Below, piece by piece: positions 16,913 through 30,350 of a DNA stretch of 64,000 nucleotides. Source of the stretch: Eledone cirrhosa. Its lineage: Eukaryota. The DNA lies in the NCBI GenBank assembly GCA_964016885.1, contig OZ024741.1, positions 354,702,001-354,766,000 on the forward strand, in the 5' to 3' direction. The notes under the pieces are model-generated. The model worked only from the letters and a program-made list of their open reading frames with translations. It did not search any database and was not told the DNA's origin. Both the position numbers and the translations under genes were made by a program. Each line of letters starts with the position of its first letter. Positions within the stretch are counted from its first letter, which is position 1.

Positions 16913-17336
16913 CATAAACAATCACAAGTGTTCCTTACATAGTTCGGAAAGAGTTTTGGGGGCTAAATCCACATCAAGATTCATTGCTCGCAAAAATATC
17001 TTGTTTTGATTTTGCAGCAGGTCAAGCCGGTGTTAGGGCAGTCTTTCCCGGATAATTTTTTTTTTTTTTTTTTTTTTCCCGTTTGTCTGAGGCTGGGTCT
17101 GGTATGCAAGGATTGTTTTCTGGGTGTTATTTTGCTGCGCCTGCCCGCCGGGAGATCCAGTGAGTTACAAACGAAACGAAATTTAATTTCGTTTCGTTAT
17201 TTGTTTTTATCGTCTCCGTTGAACCGATACGTACTCACGCTCTATGCAAATTAGTCTGCCCACTACTAATTTTCATAGAAAAAGCATATAACGATATGTG
17301 CTTTTACGATTCTCTAGAAAGGCAGGAAGATAGGTA

Positions 17337-17381
17337 AATATTGCTGATGAGTTGTAACAACAACGAAACTAGTTCAATATT
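17337..17381 (+). ncRNA. Minimal type I hammerhead ribozyme
   Basis: AATATTG-CTGATGA-GTTG(TAACAA)CAAC-GAAA-CTAG-TT-CAATATT; perfect 7-bp stem I, 4-bp stem II, palindromic stem III. Confidence 0.88.
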
Positions 17382-17454
17382 CCTTGTCTGGCTTTCTGAT
17401 ATAATGTTTTAATATAGATATCTATATATATATCTATATTAAAACATTATATCT

Positions 17455-17790
17455 TTTTCTCAGTTATAAAAACTATCTCTTTCTCTCTATCACCCATCTC
17501 TCCCTTTCCACCTTCACTCTCATCTCCTCCCCTTTTTTTCATCCTTTCCACCCCCCCCCCCCTCCCTAAATAAAATATTTTTTCCTCGCACATATCCTCC
17601 CTTCGTTAATTTTCAAAATTTTTAATTTATACAGTATCTTCCAACGGTTTTCAACCCCTCTATATAAAATATATCTCCTCTCAGTTATAAAAACTATCTC
17701 TTTCTCTCTATCACCCATCTCTCCCTCTCATCTCCTTCCCTTTTCATCCTTTTCTCCCCCCCCCCTCTCTAAATAAAATATTTTTCCCAA
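17455..17790 (+). repeat. Imperfect direct repeat of a pyrimidine-rich ~115-125 bp unit
   Basis: TCTCAGTTATAAAAACTATCTCTTTCTCTCTATCACCCATCTCTCCC...TAAATAAAATATTTTT at ~17458 and ~17679. Confidence 0.8.
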
Positions 17791-17880
17791 TATCACACAT
17801 CAATCTAAAACCACTTTTCATATGTTGATTTAAAACTGCACTATCAACAAGTGTTTTTTAGCCTTCATATCATGTTCTCC

Positions 17881-17950
17881 TATTTTATCTGATGAAAACA
17901 CAAATATTATTGTTTGATGATGTTTGTTTTGAAATGCGCATAATAAAATA
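17881..17950 (+). ncRNA. Type I hammerhead ribozyme, PLE family B (fragment ~17820-17987)
   Basis: TATTTTAT-CTGATGA-AAACA...TGTTTT-GAAA-TGCGCA-TA-ATAAAATA; perfect 8-bp stem I. Confidence 0.85.
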
Positions 17951-17980
17951 TATGGAACTCCTTTAACCATCTTTTGATCT

Positions 17981-18042
<62 letters not shown>

Positions 18043-18114
18043 ACGTATATAGATATATATATATAGATATGTATTCGTATATAGATATATATATATAGAT
18101 ATATATATGTATAC

Positions 18115-18159
<45 letters not shown>

Positions 18160-18198
18160 TATATATGTGTATACGTATATATATATATATATGTATAC

Positions 18199-18234
<36 letters not shown>

Positions 18235-18236
18235 AC

Positions 18237-18282
<46 letters not shown>

Positions 18283-18289
18283 GTATATA

Positions 18290-18337
<48 letters not shown>

Positions 18338-18361
18338 TGTATACGTATATATATATATATA

Positions 18362-19392
18362 TTTCTTTATTTACCATAAAGGCATAAAAAGAAGGGACAA
18401 ATACAAAGGGGGAGTTTACATACAATCGAGTAAAAAGGGTATAACATGAAAATAATCGAAAATAACCTCAAAAGGGAGGGGACGTGATGGGGGTTGCACA
18501 CACCCCTGAAAAAGTGTGCAATCCTTTGCCCGGGGAGCACATGGAGAAGGTGCTCCCCTCTCCTTTACTTCTTTACCTACAGGATGGTATACAGAGAAGG
18601 CCCATTTACACGAGCCATTCTCGCCACTATCACCCACCTTTCATAAAACTGCCTGTGGCCAAGCACCTCTCTCTCCATTCTTATCCTTCTTCCGAAGTGA
18701 TATCGGAAGAAGTAGACCAGACTATGGCCAGAAAGGAAGTTGCCTGACCTCAGACCTTTCAATCGTGTCCACCAAACAACCTCTTTCAACATGGCTATTA
18801 CGCACAGAAAAACCGCCTTTGCTTCCTTTGTGAAGAGGGGAGGCGGTTTGATTGTCATCACGGACTCGGCGGTCAATTGAATCGGCGCCACCCGCGACAG
18901 CAGTCGTTCGGCGTAGCCCCACAGATCAGCCACGCCCGGACATTGCACCAATGCGTGCGCAACGGTTTCTTCGTGACGCACGCATCTAGGGCAAATCTTT
19001 TTTGAAGGATCCCTGCCCGGGCGCCCGTGTCTGTAGAGCCTCTCTCGAACGGGTAGAGCCCCTCGGTAGCACTGCCAGGCCAGTGACTTCTGGAAGTTGT
19101 CCATTGGTCCTGGGCCGAAAGTCCTACCGAACAGGCTGGCCAGTTCGTCTTCTTCCATGTCCAGCGACTCTCCAAGGGTGTCATCGCCCCTGCTAGCCAC
19201 CAGCTTTCTATAGAATGATGAGGTGGATTCTCCACCGATGGCCTGGCCCGCTTGCCAGAGAGCCCTGAGCGCCTGAGCACACTCAGTGTGCCAGTCTCCC
19301 AGATTTCCGGATCTTTGCTTGACCCAGGACTGTAGCTCGGTGAGCGAGACGAGTCTCGGAAAGGCTCGTTTCACGAACGGAGCCCACACCGG
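18362..19392 (-). mobile_element. L1/Tx1-clade LINE 3' fragment (ORF2 C-terminal CCHC zinc knuckle)
   Basis: ORF 18577-19389 contains LAWQCYRGALPVRERL...CPRC-x4-ETVAHALVQCP (zf-RVT-like); 3'UTR with AATAAA running into (TA)n. Confidence 0.85.
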
Positions 19393-19757
19393 TTGACCAG
19401 TGAGGAATACCTATATATATATATACATTTAAAGTATATGATAAACACGAAATGTGTTTACATTGCAACAGACGAAGTTAGCTATTAATGAAATAAACTA
19501 ATAAAAGTGAATACATTTTGTCTGTCTCGATACAAGTCAATAAAGACAAGCTTATATTGGCAACGGCCATGAATCCTGGACATATTTAAATTTCAAAATT
19601 CAAACCTGTTCTGTAGACGAATAACCCAAATAAGTTTCGCAACGGTGGAATGTGAATTGAAAAATAAAGAGAATCGAAATGGGATAGAAACAAAAGAGTG
19701 AAATATCCAAATCATCTGTGCTTATCAACAGATATATACATATATATATATGTATAC

Positions 19758-19853
<96 letters not shown>

Positions 19854-20017
19854 GTATATAGATATATAGATATAGATATATACGTATATAGATATAGATA
19901 TATATAGATATATATATATACGTATATAGATATATAGATATAGATATATACGTATATAGATATATATACGTATATAGATATAGATATATATACGTATATA
20001 GATATAGATATATATAC

Positions 20018-20107
<90 letters not shown>

Positions 20108-20137
20108 GTATATATATATATATATATATATATATAC

Positions 20138-20223
<86 letters not shown>

Positions 20224-20255
20224 GTATACATATATATATCTATATATCTATATAC

Positions 20256-20319
<64 letters not shown>

Positions 20320-20368
20320 GTATACATATATATATATATATCTATATAATGTATACGTATATATATAT

Positions 20369-22325
20369 AACTTTGAATAACTTTGAAATGTTTTGGCCAG
20401 TATTGGCCCAGGCCATGTCTAACTTAATAGCACCACCTGGCGAAGTCTTTCAATTCAGGATTTGGGCACCATGGCCCATTCGAGAAGAGAATTACTGTCT
20501 CTGGGTGTGGGTGGTTTGTCCGGGATTACTTGGAGGAATTTGTCCAAAGACTTCTTGAATTTTGTGTGGTCAGTTTCTGTTTTGACGTGTCCTGGTGTGA
20601 TGTTGAAGAGAGCAGGGCCAATTGAGGTGAAATAATTGTGCCGTATTGTTGTTATGAGTTGCGATTTAGATTTTTGTATGGGACGGATAGCACGGGGCCC
20701 AAGCCTTGGGTGTATTTTGAAGGTGATGCCAACATCATTTGGGCAGTGATGATGGAACATTTTCCACATCATGCAGATAATTTAACGCTCACGGCGACGT
20801 TGGAGTGAGTAAAGTTTCAGCTTTTCTAGTCGACCCCAGTAGTCAAGGTCTGACATGCCATCTATCTTTTTCGTGATTGCCCTTTGAGGAGCTTCAAGTT
20901 TCATGATACTTTGTTTCGTGTGGGGAGACCACAGTGGACAACAGTATTCAAGGTGTGGTCGGGCAAAAGTAGAGAAGAGAAGGATAATGGTGTGGGAATC
21001 TCTCGACTGGAAGGTTCTGAGGATCCAGGAACACATTCTGCGGGCCATGTCAACTTTGCTGCTTATATGCGTGGCCCAGCTTATGTTGCTGTCCACGGTT
21101 ACTCCCAAGTCTCTGATGTTGTTAGATGCCACGAGAGTTTCCCCGGAGGGAAGGGAGTACGGGAGTTTCAGAGCATCCTCTTTTCCAAAGTGGATCAGTT
21201 CGAATTTGTCTTCGTTCAGTAACATGTTGTTCTTTTCCGCCCATTGGGTAACAGCCAGTAGGTCTGACTGAAGGCTTATCCGGTCATCCACGCCATTGAT
21301 GACCTTTTGGAGCTTGGAATCATCAGCGAAAATTTTAATGTTGCTGTGTTTGATGATGTCAGTGATGTCATTAATATAGATGATGAAGAGAAGTGGGCCC
21401 AACACAGTGCCTTGTGGGACCCCACTACTGACTTTGGCTGGGCTGGATTTGACTCCTTCGACTACAACATGTTGGGTTCTGTTTGACAGGAAGCTCTTGA
21501 TCCACTGCAGCAGCTTTCCAGTGACACCAATATTGGACAGTTTTCTCAGTAGAATGTTATGATCAACCCTGTCAAAGGCCTTGCTGAAATCAAGGTAGAT
21601 AACATCAGTGTTGGAACCCTCTCCCAAGGCTCTCAAAATGTCATCAAAGTGATGCAGTAGCTGCGTCAGGCAATCCCTTCCATTACGGAATCCATGCTGG
21701 TTGGAGTTCAGCATATTGTTACTCTCAAGGAAGTGGGTCATTCGCGATCTCACCACTCTCTCAAATACCTTAATGATATGAGAGGTGAGTGAGATTGGAC
21801 GGTAATTAACGACAAGGGATTTGTTTCCTTTTTTGAAAACTGGGACAACAGACTGGGATAGAAGGTTTTCTGGCACATATCCAGCATCCAGTGAGTTCCG
21901 CCACAGATTGGCAAGAGGAGATGCAAGTTGGTGTTGACACGCCTTCAAGACACAAGCAGGGAACCTATCGGGACCTACTGCTGAATTATGCTTGATTTCC
22001 TTTATTGCCGCTAAGACATCAGGGGCGCCAAACGTTATGTCCGATAAGGTGTAATGGGGAGTAACATCGCCGATACAGCCCAGATCGGCCATATCAGGAT
22101 TGCTGAAAACAGAGCAGTATTGTTTCTGCAGTATCTCACCCATGGTTTTAGCATTGTCTTGAAGAGTGCCATTTTCATCAATTAGAGGGCCAACAGTAGA
22201 GCCAGTGATTTTGTGTTTTTTTGCAAATGAAAAGAACACTTTGGGATTGAGTTTGATCTTCTCAATGGCCCAGGCCTCTTCAGCTCTTCTCTGATTGTTG
22301 ATGAGAGACATCATGTTGTTTTGGA
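20369..22325 (-). mobile_element. CR1/L2-group LINE, 5'-truncated, RT domain with one in-frame stop
   Basis: ORF 20782-22314 has NYRPISLTS, YLDFSKAFDRVDH, SGVPQGTVLGPLLF, FADD; continues in the same frame after TAA into ORF 20455-20772; short TTCAAAGTTA tandem tail. Confidence 0.92.
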
Positions 22326-22344
22326 TATATATATATATGTATAC

Positions 22345-22376
<32 letters not shown>

Positions 22377-22675
22377 GATATTAAACAGATGGAAACTACA
22401 TTTATAAAACCATATTTATTTCATTATATATATTTCAGGGATATCATATTAAAAATATGGTATGCCCTCTTCAGACAAAATACAATATATAGGCATACCA
22501 TATTTTTAATATGATATCCCTGAAATATATATAATGAAATAAATATGGTTTTATAAATGTAGTTTCCATTTGTTTAATATCGTAAAATACTCCAAAATCT
22601 GTTGAGTGCTTTTATATCAGTTATAAAATATTTATTTACTCGTTGTAACCCAACAATTTTAAATAAAACTTTTGC
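22377..22675 (+). mobile_element. PLE family C insertion with inverted pLTR segment (hammerhead at 22417-22482, minus strand)
   Basis: 22377-22490 is inverted relative to 22491-22675; same family as 6929-7100. Confidence 0.82.
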
Positions 22676-22699
22676 ATATATATATATATATATGTATAC

Positions 22700-22794
<95 letters not shown>

Positions 22795-22797
<3 letters not shown>

Positions 22798-23050
22798 AAA
22801 GTTATATTTAAATTGTTGGGTTACAACTAGTAAATATTTATAACTGATATAAAAGCACTCGACAAGTATTTGGAGTATATTTACAATATTAAATAAATGG
22901 AAACTATATTTATAAAACCATATTTATTTCATTATATACGTATATTGTATTTTGTCTGAGGAAGGCATAGCATATTGTTAATATGATATCCCTGAAATAT
23001 ATATAATGAAATAAATATGGTTTTATAAATATAGTTTCCATTTATTTAAT

Positions 23051-23052
<2 letters not shown>
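22795..23052 (-). mobile_element. PLE family C insertion with inverted pLTR segment (hammerhead at 22948-23013, plus strand)
   Basis: Tail at 22795 faces the tail of the 22377-22675 copy across a TA tract; TATTTTGT-CTGAGGA-AGG...CCT-GAAA-TATATA-TA-ATGAAATA. Confidence 0.82.
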
Positions 23053-23091
<39 letters not shown>

Positions 23092-23093
23092 AC

Positions 23094-23149
<56 letters not shown>

Positions 23150-23151
23150 AC

Positions 23152-23401
<250 letters not shown>

Positions 23402-23410
23402 GTATATATA

Positions 23411-23451
<41 letters not shown>

Positions 23452-23460
23452 GTATATATA

Positions 23461-23497
<37 letters not shown>

Positions 23498-23506
23498 GTA
23501 TATATA

Positions 23507-23538
<32 letters not shown>

Positions 23539-23539
23539 C

Positions 23540-24098
<559 letters not shown>

Positions 24099-24099
24099 C

Positions 24100-24161
<62 letters not shown>

Positions 24162-24187
24162 GTATATATATATATATATATATATAC

Positions 24188-24218
<31 letters not shown>

Positions 24219-24272
24219 CGTATATATATATATATATATATGTATACGTATATATATATATATATGTATACG

Positions 24273-24303
<31 letters not shown>

Positions 24304-24306
24304 ACG

Positions 24307-24337
<31 letters not shown>

Positions 24338-24339
24338 AC

Positions 24340-24377
<38 letters not shown>

Positions 24378-24380
24378 ACG

Positions 24381-24413
<33 letters not shown>

Positions 24414-24415
24414 AC

Positions 24416-24446
<31 letters not shown>

Positions 24447-24475
24447 CGTATATATATATATATATATATGTATAC

Positions 24476-24516
<41 letters not shown>

Positions 24517-24879
24517 TGTAAGTTTTTGTATTTTACATACACAAATAAATATACACATACATTCAATATATTTCCTATCTTAGTCATTTTACTACAATAA
24601 AAAGTCCACTTTACAGTCACAAAGTCCTGAGTTCTAACTCTACATTTGTCCTTGTAAATGGTTATTTATCCAAAGTTACTCATACATTTAATTCTGTATG
24701 TCATTTGTACAAATATGCTAAACATCATCGAAATATATTATCATTCTTATCTTTAATCAAGTCCTGGTGCCAGTAATCAATATAAATCATAGTGTTTCCT
24801 TTATACAATCCCTTAAATTATAATTTTTATCATATCTCTTGTATCTATGGGTGGGGCCAATATAGAGCAGTCCATAGGT

Positions 24880-24980
24880 AAAAAAGTTGATGTGATAGAA
24901 AAAAGTGTTGTCATTTTTAAACTCAGCGGCCCCAAATTACTCATGAACAGGTCTCAAACTAAAAACTTTGTTGACCAGTG
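24880..24980 (+). mobile_element. Probable Chapaev3-type DNA transposon terminal fragment
   Basis: Ends TTTGTTGACCAGTG followed by TAA, with subterminal CTCAGCGGCCCCAAATTA, resembling Chapaev3 termini from memory. Confidence 0.45.
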
Positions 24981-25161
24981 TAACCAAAACGCAATTTTCC
25001 CATTTGCTATTTCCGCTATATATGGTATACCAATCATGGACTTCACTAATTTTATGCGTCCATTGCTATTGCTATTGTCATTGATGGCACTGGTCCAATT
25101 GTTCATTATATACATTGTATTTATGTCATAAAGTTACAAAGACAATCACGGCTTACTTGAA

Positions 25162-25195
<34 letters not shown>

Positions 25196-25196
<1 letters not shown>

Positions 25197-25385
25197 AGAC
25201 CTGTCAACTCTCCCTGTCCGACGGGGAGATCTCCCACCCACTTTGGGTGGATGAGAGATGTCTTCTCTTGTGAAAATGGGTATAGCTTTCATTATGTAAA
25301 ATCTCACAATTTTGTCTAATTTCTCCCCGTTTTGGGCACTATTTTTATATGGTACTCCTCGTTTGGGTTTTTAGAGGTTGGCAAG
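25196..25385 (+). mobile_element. hAT-like MITE
   Basis: Termini CAGACCTGTCAACT...GAGGTTGGCAAGT; inverted copy at 28659-28994. Confidence 0.7.
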
Positions 25386-26719
25386 TAAAACGTGCACAGA
25401 TGCACACACACAAAGATGCACACACACAAAGACATGTAGCAATATTCCATAATCTTGGGTTTTATTGACTCGACGACTTTCGTGTCTCAGTTAAAAAGGG
25501 CAAGTCACTAAACGCCTTAAAATTCCAAACTCCTCTTACAAAATATCTTTTGTACAATTTGGCTCGGCGCTAAATATCATATGTACAATATATATGAATG
25601 TATAAAGTCGTTGAGGCACCATAGTGAAATTTTAAACCTGGTGGTGCCCATCCTCTCTCCAGGTTTGAACATAGCAGATCTTTTCCAGAAAAGGATAGGG
25701 ATTGTTAGAGAGGAAGTGGGAAAGAGATATACAGGAAGAATAAACTCCAGTACTGACTGCTACCTTTTTTTATCGACCTCGAAATGATGGAAGGCGAAGT
25801 TGACTTCGGCGAGATTTGAACAGAGCGCCGGAACGAATACGGCAAAGAGTTCTAACCGACGCTCTAATTCGCTGTCTTATTAAATCATTTATTAGCTTTT
25901 CATTATTGATTATATAAATTACAAATGGGCATTTCTGCGTGTAAAAAAAAAAACAAAAACAGAGGATGTAACAAAAATAACAATGAAAATAACAATGAAA
26001 AATTCCCCAATAGGAGGGAGACTTCGGAGGGACATTTGTGGAGAAAGCCCAGTATTGATTATATAAATTGTATTGGTGTTGGACAGACACACATACACAC
26101 ATCAATGGAATACCAATCTCCTCCTACAAAATATTTTGTGTACAATATGACTCGATGTTAAATATCATTTGTACACGATGACTCCAGCACTAATCTTTAG
26201 CTGACCGCTACACCTGTGTGAAGTGATATTCAATCGAAATAGATCAGGTACAATTCATTTCACTTTCACTACAGCTGTGACATCTTCAGACATCTGTCGA
26301 GCCAACGCCGGAGCCTCGTACGCGGTCGCTCGTCGTATTAGAAACAGCAGCCAAATTTTCCCTTAAACCACAGTCTTCCGACTTAAATAAAGAAGGTATA
26401 TTAGGGAATGATCTTTTTTTTTTACAATTTAGCCAAGGCCTCTGACATTTTACAGTTTCCAACATTGGCTGGTAGGAAGGAAGAAGGTATCTCCAAACTG
26501 ATCCAAATGCTTGCAACAGAATGGACTCTACTGTAGATACCCAAGAGCCTGATGCTGGTGTCTAACCAGCTGGCGGATTAAGTCTATCAACCAAGATTTA
26601 ATATCAGAACGCAAAAATCCAGAACAAATGTCATAAGGTATATTGTTTAACACTAAGAATTCCGCCAATCCACCATCTTGAACTTTAAATATGTCATCAA
26701 TCACAATAATACACCATGT

Positions 26720-27235
26720 GTGTGGTTTGGTTGAATCGTTAGAGAGTTGGGCTAAATCTCTGAAATATTTAGTTATGGACTTGTAGCGGTTGTCTCCCTT
26801 GTTTGGATTAACATCTAGACGGGAAGTAGAACCCTTTCTGTAACTTCCGGTCAGAACCCTATAAAACTAACAACTTTAAGTTCTCATTCTCTCATTTGCC
26901 TTCCGGCGCCTGGCCTTAGCCAGGCGTCTTCTGCCAGCCGCGTTTGCCTGGCAATCAAAACGGTAACGACTAACTTTGTTTCATTCTATCATCTATTTCT
27001 TTGACATGTCAACTATACTATTTACCATTGTTAATTAAATATTATACACACAAACCATGCCTCGTTTTGTTACATTAATACAACCCAGTATCTTCGCTAT
27101 AGACTTTTATGTTCTGTGTTCAAATCTCGCCGAGGTCAATTTTGCCTTTCATCCTGCCGGTGTCGATTAAATAAAGTACCAGTCACGTACTGTTTGGTGT
27201 AATTGACTTCCCCCTCCCAACCAATTGTTGGCTTA
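26720..27235 (+). mobile_element. Family 1 SINE split by a solo LTR
   Basis: Head at 26720-26781; B-box and core resume at 27102 (TTCAAATCTCGCCGAGGTCAATTTTGCCTTTCATCC). Confidence 0.75.
26782..27101 (+). mobile_element. Solo LTR (Gypsy-like, 320 bp)
   Basis: TGTAGCG...CGCTATA inverted termini, 4-bp TSD GACT on both sides, internal CTATAAAA and ATTAAA. Confidence 0.8.
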
Positions 27236-27596
27236 TTTACCACTATCACACATTCTATCTCTGGAACACAGGACAAAACAGATGGCTGTTTGCTATGTCA
27301 AAATCTTAGACATATTGGCGACTAAAATCCGATTCACAATAGGAACTTATCTATGAGGCCATCAAAGGTCATTTTATTTGTGGCCGCTTTATATAATATA
27401 TATATATATAAAATGTAACAGTAATTTGATACTCTTCTCAATAGAGTTTCTTTCAAACTATCAAGCGTCCACAAATAAAATGACCTTTTTTGGTGGCCTC
27501 ATAGATAAGTTTCCATGGTTATTCGGTTTTTAGTCGCAAACGGCCATCAGCTTTGTCTTGTGATCTGGAGACAGAATGACCGATAGTGATAAATAG
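27235..27596. mobile_element. Foldback MITE with long imperfect TIRs
   Basis: Arms pair, e.g. AACTTATCTATGAGGCCA/TGGCCTCATAGATAAGTT and GGTCATTTTATTTGTGG/CCACAAATAAAATGACC. Confidence 0.8.
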
Positions 27597-28139
27597 CCTG
27601 CTCCCAGAGTCAAAGCAAGGAGTTACAAAGTTGATTCCGGGCAGCTAAGATGTAGTCCTCACACAGACCCCGTAGGGTCTCTCTCACTCCCCCTCTCTCT
27701 GTTGTTCTGTCTCGCCGCCAGTCCAAGACCATCATCGCATTACAGAGGTACGGTAAATAACATATTTTAAATCATTGCACACACACATATACCACAACAA
27801 CTTAAGTCTTGTTTTCTTACATTGTCAACAATAGCCTCGTAGCAGGTTATTCAATTAATAAATATATTTAAATAGCGATCATGTTTTATTTGTTCATTCA
27901 ACGGCATTTCACACAGCGCTATATATGGGACAGGTCTACCTTATACATAATCACCCATCAAACCAACAAATTACTATTACAACATCGGCCACGCCAATGT
28001 AAACAACGAACCACAGTACCAACATAACCAACTCTTCACACGCTACATCTACAATGCATTCTATCTCTGCAGCTCTTCAAAATTTATATACACATATGCA
28101 CACAATGTATTTCCTATCGCAGTCATGTTGCAACAATAA

Positions 28140-28425
28140 AAACGGAATTAACCTCCCTTGATTTTGACGATGACTGTTCCTATTGTTTGAACAACGGAAC
28201 AGCCTGCTCGTGAAATTAACGTGCATGTGGCTGAACATTCCACAGACACGTGTATCCATAACATTATTTTCTGTGAGATTCAGTGTGAAATAGTGTGTGA
28301 CAAAGCTACCCTTTTTGAATTACAGGCACAATTCATTCGAGGGGATTCCAAACGGTTTCTGTCTATCCAGTGTCACCCGAGACCCAATAATTGTGCCATT
28401 CGGCCATGCTACGTTCACGCTACAA
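28140..28425 (-). mobile_element. tRNA-derived SINE family 2
   Basis: Reverse complement of the body of 29350-29670; another copy at ~47500-47810. Confidence 0.7.
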
Positions 28426-28658
28426 TAAGTTCACTTTACGATCACAATGTCTTGGATTCTAACCCTAGATTTGTCCCTGTAAATAGTTATTTCTCTAAAG
28501 TTTTTCATACATTTAATTCTTTATGTCATTTGTATACAGATGATGAACATTTATGTAATTATATCTTAGAAATATGTGATAAAAGTATCATTATCTTTAA
28601 TCACTTTCATGTATCAGTAATTATCATAAACTCTAGGGTCTTATGAAAGCCATTAATT

Positions 28659-28994
28659 CAAACCTGCCAACCTCTAAAAACCCAAACGGGGAGAAATGAA
28701 GCAAAATGGAGCGATTTTACATAATTGTTTCTACTTTAGGCACAAGGCCAGCAATTACCCAGTGCATTACTGGTACTTTATTTTATCGACCCCGTAAGGA
28801 TGAAAGGCAAAGTCAACCTCGGCGGGATTTGAACTCAGATCGTAAAGGGACATAACTACGCTGGAAAGCATGGCGTCCGACCCTCTACCGTACATAATGA
28901 AAGCTATACCCATTTTCATAAGAGAAGACATCTCTCCTCCAACCCAAAGTGTGTGGGAGATCTCCCCGTCCGACGGGGAGAGTTGACAGGTCTG
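28659..28994 (-). mobile_element. hAT-like MITE carrying a nested family 1 SINE (~28724-28890, minus strand)
   Basis: TIRs CAAACCTGCCAACCT / AGTTGACAGGTCTG, flanking ATTAATT direct repeat; SINE flanked by TACATAAT TSD. Confidence 0.78.
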
Positions 28995-29044
28995 ATTAAT
29001 TTATCAAAACAGATTTTACAGTTTGCATTATTGATATATCCAAT

Positions 29045-29255
29045 GGATTGGCAGTTTCAGTAGAGCATCTGACACCCTTGCTTCGTAGCATAGAGTTACA
29101 GCCCTTTACGTTCTGAGTTCAAATCCCGCCGAGGTTAGCTTTGCTTTTCATCATTATGGGGTCGATAAATAAAGCACCAGTAATGTAGTGGGTTGATTTA
29201 ATTGACCCTCTCCTTCAAATTGCTGGTCTTGTGCCTAAAGTAAAAACAATTATTA
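29045..29255 (+). mobile_element. Family 1 SINE
   Basis: GAGTTCAAATCCCGCCGAGG core and TTGCTGGTCTTGTGCC tail. Confidence 0.85.
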
Positions 29256-29349
29256 TTCATATATCCCGTCACTCTGGTGTACATTGCATACCAATCCAGG
29301 ACTCCAAAGATTGAATACATCCAACGCTATTACCATCACTATTGATGAT

Positions 29350-29670
29350 GGGCATAGTATGATCGAATGGTTAAGGAGTTCGTTTCACAATCATTAGGTC
29401 CCGGGAGCAACCCTTCCCCTGTGAGTGAAGCTGGATAGACTGAAACTGCTTGAGAGCTCGTGGAGTGGACTGTACCTGTAATTCAAAAGGCCAGCCTTGT
29501 TACACATTGTGTCACGGTGAATCTTTCTGGGAATTATATGAAGGGTACAAGTGTCTGCAGAATGTTCAGGCACTTGCACTTAAATTTCATGAGCAGCCTG
29601 TTGTGTTGGCCAAACAACTGGAACGCGCGTCGTCGGAAACGGTGGAGGTCCAATAACAACAACATTATTG
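29350..29670 (+). mobile_element. tRNA-derived SINE family 2 (possibly Nin/Deu-domain type)
   Basis: tRNA-like head (GAATGGTTAAGGAGTTCG), conserved body present three times in the window, (ACA)n tail; domain assignment is from memory only. Confidence 0.65.
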
Positions 29671-30149
29671 ACGGTACGGTTTCACTAGTATGTAAATAAA
29701 CAAAAACAAAACAAGAGATAGTCATGGCTGAAATGTCTTTCACCGCATGTCTACTTAATCAGGTTTCTGACTTAGGACTAAACACTATCATCATCTGACA
29801 GCTGATAAACTTACATCATCAGCAACAAAAATAACAGCCGCCGCACTATGAAGTTGATGAGTTATACATAACCACTATTGTGTGACACTTGCTTACAATG
29901 CCTGCACACACACACACACAGACACACACACATACAAACATACACACACATACAAACATACACACACAAACATACACACACACAAACATATACACACACA
30001 CATACACGACACTTCTTAACGTATTCTCTTCCCCCTCTCGTTGATATTCTTTGAACTTGTCACTAGTTTGTCCTCCTCCTCTTCTTCCTCATTCATACTT
30101 TTCTACTTTCATATTTTTTTCTACGGAATCTCTAAGTGGTGGTCGCTCA

Positions 30150-30350
30150 ACATGTTGGAAATAGCAGCCAAATCTCCCTCAAATTACACCCTGTCGACTT
30201 ACGCTTACTAGAAGAAATAGCAGCCAAATCTCCGTCAAACTACACCCTGTCGATTTATGCATGCTTGAAATAACAAATAAATATTCCTGTCGACTTGTAC
30301 ATGTTAGAAATAGCAGCTAAATCTCCTTCAAATTACACACTGGCAACTTA
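30150..30350 (+). repeat. About four degenerate tandem copies of a ~50-bp unit (GAAATAGCAGCCAAATCTCC...TACACCCTGTCGACTT)
   Basis: Visible tandem array; single dispersed copies at ~26340 and ~40435. Confidence 0.75.

Noticed and set aside
19420-19510. Hammerhead-like words (CAGACGA...GAAA) next to the L1 fragment
   Set aside because: No consistent stems I-III
20884-21562. Antisense ORFs over the CR1 RT, and likewise over the RTE and transposase ORFs
   Set aside because: Shadow frames of genuine coding sequence on the opposite strand
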